56,761 bases of DNA from Nemertoderma westbladi (taxonomy: Eukaryota; Animalia; Xenacoelomorpha), in NCBI GenBank assembly GCA_032718475.1, contig JAUCBJ010009162.1, positions 1-56,761 on the forward strand, read 5' to 3'. A program made the translations under genes and the position numbers. The first letter of the stretch is position 1, and each line of letters starts with the position of its first letter. Shown one piece after another: positions 23,800-35,525 of the stretch. Under the pieces are notes generated by a model. It was given only the letters and a program-made list of their open reading frames with translations, searched no databases and had not been told where the DNA came from.

Positions 23800-26700
23800 T
23801 CAAAATACTCCTGTGCTATGGATCTCCTCGGCGTCCTGGAAGCTAGAAACGGCTCTCGCCACTTCTTCGTCGATATAAGATAATGTGGACGCAGTGTCCA
23901 ACATCACATATATTCGCTTCGATCCCTTATCTCCAGTGAGTTTCACCGGAATCACGCTAAATATTTCCGACATGGCCGATGATAGATACGTCCGCGCGCT
24001 GGTCGATGAACTATCCGCGGTGAAACCTTGGCAGGTCACCTCTCTCGCGCTCGACTCGCCATCTTCGTCCGACGAACCTGGTTGGTAACCATCGTCCTGA
24101 ATGCCGGTGTACGTATTCCTTCTTATCGATACGGGTTCTTTGCTCCCCTTCCTTTGAGGATTTCGCTGTAAGTAACGGTCCGTTGGGGTGTGGAAATCCG
24201 CATGTAGCAACTTGTGATGTAGTCTGCCGCATTCCATGCATCCGTCCTTGCTGTTCGGGCACTGCCGCCGTACATGGCCTGGCACAAGACATGCCCAACA
24301 GGTGTCCAACGTCCGCACTTGAACTCTTCTCTGTTCCGAATTTAATTCTTTGAACCGTTTGCAACTATCTAACTTATGGTCGTCAGATCTTACCTCCTTT
24401 AGTAAACAGTATTGGCAACCTACAAATCCATCCGGCAACTCCTGTTGCTTTAACCTAGGTCTATCTAACCGCTCACCTGACCATACTCGCGAGTCTGATC
24501 TAAAGGCTGGGGTACTCGAATTATATCTGTCTACTGAGTTATAAGTCACAGTGGTCCTGTCATCGTCAAAACTTACCATAGACTTACCGGTAACAGGTTT
24601 AGACTCCCTCATGTTCTCCTCTGAGAAGTTTGATTTCATCTCTGCTACTGCGTCTGTGGCTATCATGTCATGAATATGCTGAAGTGTCAACACCTTACCT
24701 TGACCCTCCAACTTATTCTCTAATTTGCGCCATTTCTGTCTGTAACGCATGTTTAGACGTCTTATTACGCTTTTCAAAACTTCGGCGTGATCACCATGAT
24801 GAGGTAGATTCACCGTCCTCAAGATGTCCAATGCGTTCGAAATAGCGTTCGCTAAGTTCAACAGCTCTAACGGAGTTGTAATCCTTCCGCCCTTACCCAA
24901 GTCTTCTACTATCGACTGCGCCATCTTGGTTTTATTCCCGTAGATGTCACTAAGCGTCTTCATTGCTAACTCGAATGCTCTTTCATTGCCGACGAAGTTA
25001 TCAGCAATGGCTCTAGGTTCTCGATGGAGCATCTGAAGCAAATAGTTGAACTTCTCGTTGGGAGTAAAGGTGCTGTTGGTTAGCTGCTCGTCGACATAGG
25101 TTTTGAAGGTCCTCCAATGCTTATGGTTGCCCATAAACTTCTGGGGTTGTTGCGTCGGCAGTCCTTGCCTAGCAGCAAACTTACCTATGTCCCTAAGGGT
25201 TGCGTCGTTCCGGGTTAACAAATGGTTTAGTTCCGCAGGGTTGTTAAGTCTGTTCCTTTCCCGGTGGTTCCAACTTACCTGCTCCGCGTCCGTCCTTCTT
25301 TCCTTATAGTTTCGGGACTTCTGACGTCTCATTTCTTCCTCTTCATCGCTTGACTCGGTGTCAGTCCTTAGCGCTCGCGATGGTTTGCGCGCCGAGGCCC
25401 TGACCCAAGCTTCCTCAATAAATCTTTCCGCCGAATTTTCGAAATTGGGATTATGGATATTCGGGACAGGCGTCCTTACCTGAGGTCTATGTGGTATAGT
25501 CTCCTCCGATATGCGTACTCGTTGACTAGGCTGGACTTTATCTAACTCAGGCCTGCCAGGATTAGAATTACTCCTTACCTGGGCTGCTTCCTTTAACCTT
25601 AGGTTGCTAAGCATGTCCGTTATAGGTTGGATGTGCGGCGATATAGCTTGCGCTAAACTAGCACTTAACTCATCCCTCGTAATAAATTCCTGGCTAGGGT
25701 TCTGTTGTATAGTCGGCTCTATCTGAGTAATCCGCTGTCTCTCATATGATCCCTCTTCCGGTTTAACCCGGAAGTTCTCCGTCGAACTGGGTTGGCGCTC
25801 CGTCCGCGTATTCCAAACCCGCGGGTTCGGTTCGCCAAGTACTCGTCCCGTCAGAGTTTCTCTAAACTCTTCATCGTCATGTTCGGTGTGTAGTGGTGCG
25901 ATGTTCTGATGCCGTGGATTTTGCGCGATAGGTGAAGCACTAATACCAACTGGCGTGCGATATGTAGAGAACGGTTTAGCGATCCGTGTACTCGTAATAG
26001 CTGGACCAGGTATAGGAATTCTGGTCGTCGTCGACTCGCGTATAGTCGGAGTTCTCGCTTCCTGTTCGGCCTTCTGCAGTGCGAACAGTTCTCGCAACTC
26101 AGTCCCTACACTCGCCCCACATTCTTCGATCATTCGCATCCCCTTCTCGGCGATTTCATTCGCCTTCCTAGTCCGTTCTTCGCTCTCTAAACTTAATCTC
26201 GCTCTTTCCAACTGCGCCAGTTTACGTTCTTCTTCTTCCCTCGCTCGTCTCGCTGCGCTCTCTTCTTCCACACGCGCCTTTTCTTCATACAACGCTTGTC
26301 GCTCTTTCTCGATCTCGAGTTCGCGTTCCTTACGTTCGCGTTCAAGTTGGAATTCGTGTTTCTTCGCTTCCCGTTCGCGTTCAAGTTGGAGTTCGCGTTC
26401 CTTCTGTTCGCGTTCAAGTTGGAGTTCGCGTTCCTTCTGTTCGCGTTCCGCATGCTCACGCTTACCTTTCTCTTCCAACTCCCGCAACTTTGCATCTAAC
26501 TTACGTGTTCGCTCCCTTTCTCGTTCGGCTTCCTTCCGTGCTTCCGATGCACGCAAAACTTCCGCCTGTTGTTCGTCCAGTCGGCGTCTTCTCTCCTCCG
26601 CCGAGTTGTGAGAAACAAGGGATCTAGCACATATAACCTTCCCTTGCGCGTGACTAACCTGGGAATCGCCGCTGTCTCTGGATGCGTCGTCGGGTGGAGT

Positions 26701-27609
26701 CAACGTCCTCTGTTGAATGTTCTCCGTCGTCGGTAGCACCTGACCCGGTACCACCACTCCATTCTGCATCAGCCAGCTAGTAACTTCCCTCTGATAATGG
26801 CGCTCTTCTTTATCTTGGGTCTCTTCCCGCTCCACTAATTCTCTCAACTCTGCGTCACTCACTTGAGTCGCCTGCGCTTGTGATGCCCATAGCAGCCAGT
26901 TTTCCGTCCTAACTCGTCGAAATCGCTCCGATAACTCGCGGTGCTCCAACAAGGCTGCTAAAACCCTGTCGTAAATCCTCGTCGCCACGTCGCTCGACTG
27001 AGACTCTACTGCCTTCTTCGCTAGGACTGCAAGCTCCTCCGTCTGCTTGAATAACGCTGAGTTATATCCTCTTCTAATCTCTACTAACTCTACCCTCCCG
27101 ATGTTCACTGAGTCAGCTAACATCTTCCTTACCTTGTCCGCCGTCCGAGTTATATGTCCGGCGTGCGCGCGAAGTTTCTTCTTTATCGCGATATCAAGTT
27201 CTCTCTCGCTTACCTGACTCACACTCGGTGGACTTGAAGGATTATTTTGGGAACTACGGGTACTCCTTACAGCCGTCGGGACCACGGCACTTACCATACC
27301 CACAGGTCTGGAAACCGGGCTCCGGGCTCTCGCTTCTGCTACACTACCCTCCCTATCACTCACCTCTGTCCGGGCTGCTGTACAGTCCTTCCTTACAGTA
27401 GCGGTAGGGGATTCTAATACTATTACCTGAGGCTGCTGTTCTTCCTCACTAGTCACTGTCTCGTCCTCCTGTTCACTTACGTCAGCGTCGCTCGCTGCGT
27501 CGTCATAGTCGGCATTGTCGTCAACAGTAATATTGACGCTATCGTCAGTCGGCGGTCCAGCCGCCGTCTCATAGCTGTCCTCTAGTGCCTCCTTGTCTGA
27601 GACACTCAT
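23800..27609 (-). CDS. gag: BEL gag plus protease N-part
   Basis: ATG at 27609, coiled coil, DUF1759-like region, three Cys/His knuckles (CQYC..HKLDSC, CWAC..HVRRQC, CMEC..HHKLLH) and the protease motif LDTAS. Confidence 0.93.
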   Translation of the reverse strand: MSVSDKEALEDSYETAAGPPTDDSVNITVDDNADYDDAASDADVSEQEDETVTSEEEQQPQVIVLESPTATVRKDCTAARTEVSDREGSVAEARARSPVSRPVGMVSAVVPTAVRSTRSSQNNPSSPPSVSQVSERELDIAIKKKLRAHAGHITRTADKVRKMLADSVNIGRVELVEIRRGYNSALFKQTEELAVLAKKAVESQSSDVATRIYDRVLAALLEHRELSERFRRVRTENWLLWASQAQATQVSDAELRELVEREETQDKEERHYQREVTSWLMQNGVVVPGQVLPTTENIQQRTLTPPDDASRDSGDSQVSHAQGKVICARSLVSHNSAEERRRRLDEQQAEVLRASEARKEAERERERTRKLDAKLRELEEKGKREHAEREQKERELQLEREQKERELQLEREREAKKHEFQLERERKERELEIEKERQALYEEKARVEEESAARRAREEEERKLAQLERARLSLESEERTRKANEIAEKGMRMIEECGASVGTELRELFALQKAEQEARTPTIRESTTTRIPIPGPAITSTRIAKPFSTYRTPVGISASPIAQNPRHQNIAPLHTEHDDEEFRETLTGRVLGEPNPRVWNTRTERQPSSTENFRVKPEEGSYERQRITQIEPTIQQNPSQEFITRDELSASLAQAISPHIQPITDMLSNLRLKEAAQVRSNSNPGRPELDKVQPSQRVRISEETIPHRPQVRTPVPNIHNPNFENSAERFIEEAWVRASARKPSRALRTDTESSDEEEEMRRQKSRNYKERRTDAEQVSWNHRERNRLNNPAELNHLLTRNDATLRDIGKFAARQGLPTQQPQKFMGNHKHWRTFKTYVDEQLTNSTFTPNEKFNYLLQMLHREPRAIADNFVGNERAFELAMKTLSDIYGNKTKMAQSIVEDLGKGGRITTPLELLNLANAISNALDILRTVNLPHHGDHAEVLKSVIRRLNMRYRQKWRKLENKLEGQGKVLTLQHIHDMIATDAVAEMKSNFSEENMRESKPVTGKSMVSFDDDRTTVTYNSVDRYNSSTPAFRSDSRVWSGERLDRPRLKQQELPDGFVGCQYCLLKEVRSDDHKLDSCKRFKELNSEQRRVQVRTLDTCWACLVPGHVRRQCPNSKDGCMECGRLHHKLLHADFHTPTDRYLQRNPQRKGSKEPVSIRRNTYTGIQDDGYQPGSSDEDGESSAREVTCQGFTADSSSTSARTYLSSAMSEIFSVIPVKLTGDKGSKRIYVMLDTASTLSYIDEEVARAVSSFQDAEEIHSTGVF

Positions 27610-28802
27610 AGTCCAAATAATGTTTGCCTTCCGGCAAAAATCTCGCAAAATTTCGAGATATAATTATAATTTAACCGAAAATACGGTCAAATTATTTGTC
27701 AAATAATTAGTTGGTCCAAAATGTCAAATAAATTCGCAATGCAATATTGTGAATTTAATAGGGTATAGTTATAGCAAATACTAGCACAATATTTAAACAA
27801 AAATATTATTATATAGCTACTATAGCAATTAAATACCGGTATGACACAAAATAATTTCTGAATCTAATACAAAATATTCAGAATAAATTTGCCACCCAAA
27901 TAATTCCAATTTTGCATATATAGCTCTAATCAACGTAATTTTAATTTCAAATATTATATGTATCCACTAGCGCGTGGCTACATCTTCGGGTTGCGACTCT
28001 CTCTAACTCTCTCTCTAACTTGAGCGATTCAAAAAAACCATGGCCGGCTAAACCTAAATAACCTAACTAATAAATTGAGTTCAGCTTCGCAGTTGAACAA
28101 CCGATAATTTTTTACTGCTTCCACAAACACAATGGGGCCAACAGAACAACTAACCTTGTTTGCTGTGAGATTCCACGTCCTCGTCCAAAGATTCAGTCCC
28201 TTCGCTGATTGCAAACCGAACCCGCAGACCCACACGAACCCCAAACTCAGAAGTTCCGTCTTGCCATGTATCTCCAGATGGTATAAAATAACTAAGCGGT
28301 TACCTAACATACTGGTACAAAACTCTAGAATTTTACAAAATAATTTTGACCGAAACTGAATTCTCGCAAACCTAGCTAAAATTTTCAAAAAACTTACTAA
28401 TTACAGTTTGCCCTAAGGCCTAAAGAACTGCTGTATTCGCAATTAGCAAAAACGCACTACCGTACATCCACTGTACGCAGTACAGTAAGTAAAACAGTAC
28501 ACCAACCTAACAGCCTAATTGATACTGTGTGTGTGGTACGGCAAACAAATGTCCTTCTACCGTACGCAGTAACAGCAATCAGCCTAATGTACTACTGTAC
28601 TATCGTACGCGACCAGTGAATACAGTAATCTAAACTAGCAGCCTAAGAATACTCTATTTACTGTACGCTACAGCCTACAGCAAACAAAGCATACCCTACT
28701 GCTAAAGCAGTCAAGCAATCTAAAGTAACAGTAGTCTAAACTAATCAGCCTAAGAATACACTATTGACCGCTGCAAGCAACAGCCAATAAAACATACCTT
28801 AC

Positions 28803-31002
28803 TGTTAAACAACCGCGACACCTATACTAACAGCAGAACTGTTGAACAGACAAATACCCGTATACCTCTCTGCCAACCTAATGAGCTCTCGCCTAACCAA
28901 TAAGACACAAAGACTGCTCTACTGTTAAGTAAAGGGGATCAGGAGCGTGCTATTACTAAATTGTAAAGGTTGCTAAATACAAAACTGCTACTTACCGTTG
29001 GATGGCGCTAATCTGCCGTCCGCTAATATATTTTACTAAATTTACACAGCTCCTGCAAAATCGCTTGTTCCTTTCTCTACCGATCGCTCGATAGAGAGCT
29101 AACTGTTCGAATCTATGAGCCACGCGGGAATAACCCAAACAACAAACCCGAGTCGGCTCCCTAAGCTTACTTAAGACGAGTGCGAGGGGCTTTGCACTCA
29201 GAGTATATTCTTACGCCTAATTTTACTACTGAAATACGCCAATGCTTACGTCTTTTCTAATCGCGAATACTGGGGGTTCCCTAACGGAATGTGTGAATGC
29301 GAGAATATTTAAATAATCAAAATTGGTACAGTACAATGTCTTTCGTAGGTGATACCGCTCTGGGTCTAAACTTGCCTGCAGCTGGCTTTAGGCCAGCAAT
29401 TTACTAGTGTCTTGCGTACTGACTACTGCGATCTAGCTTATTGCCCGCTAATGCAAATAACCGCTCAGCGTGAATAGTTTACGGTACTCTAAATTATTAC
29501 CTTAGCTACTCTCCGCTATGCTGCGTACTAATTCTTAATTTTACTAATCAATTACAGTCACAAATATGTAACAGCGTACTAATTACTAAGAGTTCCAGAA
29601 TGCGTAATTCTAATTTATTACACAACAGGTTTCGCTAGTAATAGCCTAAAATGCCGTATTATTTTGACCTAATCAGTAACTATTTGTTGTAACTAAGAAA
29701 TAGAAATCAATCAAAGAGAAAGGGGCGCCTACCTAAGCATTCGTAATCATAGGCACGCTTCAGTAACACACCAATCAGCGTCAGCAATCACAGATCACAA
29801 TAGCACGACTTGCAATTATACAATCCGCAATTATATAATTCGCAATCTACTTACTCGCAACCTACCTACTGTAAGGTATGCAGGCCCCTCCCGGGTACAT
29901 CTAGGCTTCCTAACTAACCCAATTCCTGCCCCCTAATACTAAATAGAGACAAAACCTGGATCATCAGCCCCCTAATTACTGTACCAGCGAGCGGTCTCCA
30001 ACCTACAGCCCAAATTGCCCGACCACAACGTTGACCCCCCGCCAGCGTTGCCCGCCTTTGAATCCTCCGCTCTCCCTTAGTCGCCCAACCCCCCGATGTG
30101 CCCACCACCTACTGGCACCTTAGCCCTCCATTATGCTAATAGCTACCGTAGCGGCGCATGCAAAATCACAAAGTCTGACAGTCTCAGAAATCCCTTAGGA
30201 TTATTGCGTAGAAAGGAATCACATAGAACCATTAACAAAAGAGGTAGAAATCATAGTTCCGGTTGTAATTAGCAGTAATCGATAGGATTAATTGAGAAAC
30301 ACAATCAAGAATAATCGCACTAGCAAATCATCTCGAGAAATTAATCAAAATTTAGCAAATTGCAGAAATACGCAAAATTATACTTCTAACTGTACACCCT
30401 ATCAAAGCTGAGGTTAAGGTTGTAAGGAGTTGGTACAGCTCTACCGGCAAACCACCAATTTATAGGTGATCCGAGTGGGGTGATGCAATAGGGTGACTCA
30501 ATCGCTCTCCTATTGGCTCTCCAGTCCGCGCTAGCATTAGACCAACCTGGAAGCAGTTAGTCCAATAAGGAGGCCGGATTGTAGCCCTATTGCTGCCCAA
30601 ACCTCAAATTATTACCATATATGGTAATGGATCATGTCCCTGGCTGCTGAATGGCCAGGACAGCGTCCCTATATGCTAGCCCTATTGATGCTAATATCAG
30701 CAAGCACAAAATCCAGGGTCCGACTAAACTTGCTACCCTGGAACTATCTACATATATCCTAATACAAAATTACGTAGGTAGGGCTACATATTATACAAAA
30801 TGGATGGATTCAAATATATGGGCGTTTTGATTTCCCTATCTAAATATCACCTCGCTATTATACCTTATCTAAAATATTATGCTGCACAACGGACTAACAT
30901 TACGTACAGTATAACGGACTAATATTGCGTACAGTATAACGGACTAATATATTATACTGCATAATGGCTAATAATGTGGATACAGCGCCATATACCGTAA
31001 CA
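28803..31002 (-). repeat. 5' LTR (2200 bp)
   Basis: Near-identical to 14669-16873. Confidence 0.95.
30458..30464 (-). promoter_or_regulatory. Candidate LTR TATA box
   Basis: TATAAAT on the minus strand, with CCAAT boxes about 50 and 100 bp upstream. Motif evidence only. Confidence 0.4.
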
Positions 31003-34000
31003 GATACCTCAATAGGTTCTACTATCATTGCCTTCAAGGATACCACAATAGGTTTTACTATCATTGCCTCCAAGGATACCTCAATAGGTTTTACTATCAT
31101 TGCCTCCAAGAATACCTCAATAGGTTTTACTATCAGGATACCTCAATAGGATTTAATATCATTGCAAAAGATACCTCAATAGGTTTTACTATCATTGCTT
31201 CCAAGGATACCTCACTAGGTTTTACTATCACTGCCTCCAAGGATACTTCAATAGGTTTTACTATCATTGCCTCCAAGGATACCGCAATAGGTTTTACTAT
31301 CAGGATACCTCAATAGGTTTTACTATCATTGCCTCCAAGGATACCTCAATAGGTTTTACTATCATTGCCTCCAAGGATACCTCAATAGGTTTTACTATCA
31401 TTGCCTCCAAGGATACCTCAATAGGTTTTACTATCATTGCCTCCAAGGATACCTCAATAGGTTTTACTATCATTGCCTTCAAGGATACCTCAATAGGTTT
31501 TACTATCATTGCCTCCAAGGATACCTCAATAGGTTTTACTATCAGGATACCTCAATAGGATTTAATATCATTGCAAAAGATACCTCAATAGGTTTTACTA
31601 TCATTGCTTCCAAGGATACCTCAATAGGTTTTACTATCACTGCCTCCAAGGATACTTCAATAGGTTTTACTATCATTGCCTCCAAGGATACCGCAATAGG
31701 TTTTACTATCAGGATACCTCAATAGGTTTTACTATCATTGCCTCCAAGGATACCTCAATAGGTTTTACTATCATTGCCTCCAAGGATACCTCAATAGGTT
31801 TTACTATCATTGCCTCCAAGGATACCTCAATAGGTTTTACTATCAGGATACCTCAATAGGATTTAATATCATTGGAAAAGATACCTCAATAGGTTTTACT
31901 ATCATTGCCTCCAAGGATACCTCAATAGGTTTTACTATCATTGCCTCCAAGGATACCTCAATAGGTTTTACTATCAGGATACCTCAATAGGATTTAATAT
32001 CATTGGAAAAGATACCTCAATAGGTTTTACTATCATTGCCTCCAAGGATACCTCAATAGGTTTTACTATCATTGCCTCCAAGGATACCTCAATAGGTTTT
32101 ACTATCATTGCCTCCAAGGATACCTCAATAGGTTTTACTATCATTGCCTCCAAGGATACCTCAATAGGTTTTACTATCATTGCCTTCAAGGATACCTCAA
32201 TAGGTTTTACTATCATTGCCTCCAAGGATACCTCAATAGGTTTTACTATCAGGATACCTCAATAGGATTTAATATTGCAAAAGATACCTCAATAGGTTTT
32301 ACTATCATTGCTTCCAAGGATACCTCAATAGGTTTTACTATCACTGCCTCCAAGGATACTTCAATAGGTTTTACTATCATTGCCTCCAAGGATACCGCAA
32401 TAGGTTTTACTATCAGGATACCTCAATAGGTTTTACTATCATTGCCTCCAAGGATACCTCAATAGGTTTTACTATCATTGCCTCCAAGGATACCTCAATA
32501 GGTTTTACTATCATTGCCTCCAAGGATACCTCATTAGGTTTTACTATCATTGCCTCCAAGGATACCTCAATAGGTTTTACTATCATTGCCCCCAAGGATA
32601 CCTCAATATTACTATCACGATACCTCAATAGGTTTTACTATCATTGCCTCCAAGGATACCTCAAAAGGTTTTACTATCATTGCCTCCAAGGATACCTCAA
32701 TAGGTTTTACTATCATTGCCTCCAAGGATACCTCAATAGGTTTTACTATCATTGCCTCCAAGGATACCTCAATAGGTTTTACTATCAGGATACCTCAATA
32801 GGTTTTACTATCATTGCCTCCAAGGATACCTCAATAGGTTTTACTATCATTGCCTCCAAGGATACCTCAATAGGTTTTAATATCATTGCCTCCAAGGATA
32901 CCTCAATAGGTTCTACTATCATTGCCTCCAAGGATACCACAATAGGTTTTACTATCATTGCCTCTAAGGATACCTCAATAGGTTTTACTATCATTGCCTC
33001 CAAGAATACCTCAATAGGTTTTACTATCATTGCCCCCAAGGATACCTCAATAGGTTTTACTATCATTGCCTCCAAGGATACCTCAATAGGTTTTACTATC
33101 AGGATACCTCAATAGGATTTAATATCATTGCAAAAGATACCTCAATAGGTTTTACTATCATTGCCTCCAAGGATACCTCAATAGGTTTTACTGTCATTGC
33201 ATCCAAGGATACCTCAATATGTTTTACTATCATTGCCTCCAAGGATACCTCAATAGGTTTTACTATCATTGCCCCCAAGGATACCTCAATAGGTTTTACT
33301 ATCATTGCCTCCAAGGATACCTCAATAGGTTTTACTATCAGGATACCTCAATAGGATTTAATATCATTGCAAAAGATACCTCAATAGCCCAATAGGTTTT
33401 ACTATCATTGCCTCCAAGGATACCTCAAAAGGTTTTACTATCATTGCCTCCAAGGATACCTCAATAGGTTTTACTATCATTGCCTCCAAGGATACCTCAA
33501 TAGGTTTTACTATCATTGCCCCCAAGGATACCTCAATAGGTTTTACTATCATTGCCTCCAAGGATACCTCAATAGGTTTTACTATCAGGATACCTCAATA
33601 GGATTTAATATCATTGCAAAAGATACCTCAATAGGTTTTACTATCATTGCCTCCAAGGATACCTCAATAGGTTTTACTGTCATTGCATCCAAGGATACCT
33701 CAATATGTTTTACTATCATTGCCTCCAAGGATACCTCATTAGGTTTTACTATCATTGCCTCCAAGGATACCTCAATAGGTTTTACTATCATTGCCTCCAA
33801 GGATACCTCAATAGGTTTTACTATCAGGATACCTCAATAGGATTTAATATCATTGCAAAAGATACCTCAATAGCACAATAGGTTTTACTATCATTGCCTC
33901 CAAGGATACCTCAATAGGTTTTACTATCATTGCCTCCAAGGATACCTCAATAGGTTTTACTATCATTGCCTCCAAGGATACCTCAATAGGTTTTACTATC

Positions 34001-34854
34001 ATTGCCTCCAAGGATACCTCAATAGGTTTTACTATCATTGCCTCCAAGGATACCTTAATAGGTTTTACTATCACTGCCTCTAAGGATACCTCAATAGGTT
34101 TTACTATCATTGCCTCCAAGGATACCTCAATAGGTTTTACTATCATTGCCTCCAAGGATACCTCAATAGGTTTTACTATCAGGATACCTCAATAGGTTTT
34201 ACTATCATTGCCTCCAAGGATACCTCAATAGGTTTTACTATCATTGCCTCCAAGGATACCTCAATAGGTTTTACTATCATTGCCTCCAAGGATACCTCAA
34301 TAGGTTTTACTATCATTGCCTCCAAGGATACCTCAATAGGTTTTACTATCAGGATACCTCAATAGGTTTTACTATCATTGCCTCCAAGGATACCTCAATA
34401 GGTTTTACTATCATTGCCTCCAAGGATACCTCAATAGGTTTTACTATCATTGCCTCCAAGGATACCTCAATAGGTTCTACTATCATTGCCTCCAAGGATA
34501 CCTCAATAGGTTTTACTATCATTGCCTCCAAGGATACCTCAATAGGTTTTACTATCATTGCCTCCAAGGATACCTCAACAGGTTTTACTATCAGGATACC
34601 TCAATAGGTTTTACTATCATTGCCTCCAAGGATACCTCAATTTTTTTTTTTTGAAACCAATCCTCATTTTATTTACAGTAGTTAAAAAACTTTCAAACGA
34701 ACAATAGGACATGACATCGATATACCTCAATATCGATGAAGGATACCTCAATAGGTTTTACTATCATTGCCTCCAAGGATACCTCAATAGGTTTTACTAT
34801 CATTGCCTCCAAGGATACCTCAATAGGTTTTACTATCATTGCCTCCAAGGATAC
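31003..34854. repeat. 33-bp minisatellite, right part, with higher-order blocks
   Basis: Same unit and variant blocks as 13741-14668. The register continues across the BEL TSD. Confidence 0.97.
34641..34721 (-). mobile_element. Short poly(A)-tailed retroposed insert
   Basis: T12 at 34641-34652, AATAAA on the minus strand at 34668-34673, and a flanking duplicate ATACCTCAAT (34632-34641 and 34722-34731). Confidence 0.65.
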
Positions 34855-35127
34855 GAGCGCTTACATCTCTTAAAGTTTAAACATGATTTTACATATTCGT
34901 CAAATATTGCACAACTTATGGGACACCCGGACCCGTTAGATTCCCACAAAGTAAACATACGCCTTGAAAAATTATATTTATCACGCAATTGTTATGATTA
35001 ATATCAATCAATTTTAATGGTAAATTTGATATCAATCAATGCTAATGGTAAATTTATACTGCACGATAAGGGAAAGTGATCCACAATATATGTCGTCATA
35101 GTGAATTTTAAAATTACGCACGGACTG

Positions 35128-35525
35128 TGTGGGGCGAGCGACGAAAGTAAGCGAGCTTAGCATACAGGTACCACTAACTGAATCGGTGTGTCTGTTGCTA
35201 TGTTGTGGGGCGAGCCACGAAGTGAGTGAGCCTTGGCGTAGGGGTACCATTAATCAACCTGTCGTTCTGTCGTTTTGTCGCTTTTTTTGCAGTGTTCAAT
35301 TTTGAACGTTAATAACTCGATCAATCCTCGATGAAATGTAACCAAACTTGGTACACAAATAGTCTGTCAAAAGTTTAGAAATTTTCCAAGTTGAATTTGC
35401 TTGGGGCCTTCGTGCAGCACCAGTGCACCAGTGCATTCTTACAGTTATAATAAATTTATTTATCCAAAATTATAACGCTTGACATCAGCAGGTTGCTAGG
35501 AGACTATATCAGCTGGGTTTCTGGC
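35128..35525 (+). mobile_element. Non-autonomous Helentron/HINE-like remnant (related piece ~37255-37480)
   Basis: GGGGCGAGCCACGAAGTGAG motif, then TGTCG microrepeats, ATAACTC and ACCAAACTTGGTACAC. About 35348-35505 is duplicated at about 37328-37480. Confidence 0.45.

Larger units (their letters stand above)
14669..31002 (-). mobile_element. BEL/Pao LTR retrotransposon, 16.3 kb
   Basis: Paired TG...CA LTRs, a 5-bp TSD GATAC (14664-14668 and 31003-31007), and gag-PR-RT-RH-IN order with BEL-specific motifs. Confidence 0.97.

Noticed and set aside
23800-23870. Programmed gag-pol frameshift
   Set aside because: The break falls inside the protease, no slippery site is evident, and sequence appears to be missing.
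25955-26611. 218-aa plus-strand ORF and other antisense ORFs over gag/pol and 49046-50294
   Set aside because: Shadow frames of low-complexity coiled-coil coding sequence with no independent motifs.
31003-34854. CRISPR-like array or repetitive protein genes (EAMIVKPIEVS ORFs)
   Set aside because: Head-to-tail units with no unique spacers and no cas genes. The ORFs arise because the unit length is a multiple of three.
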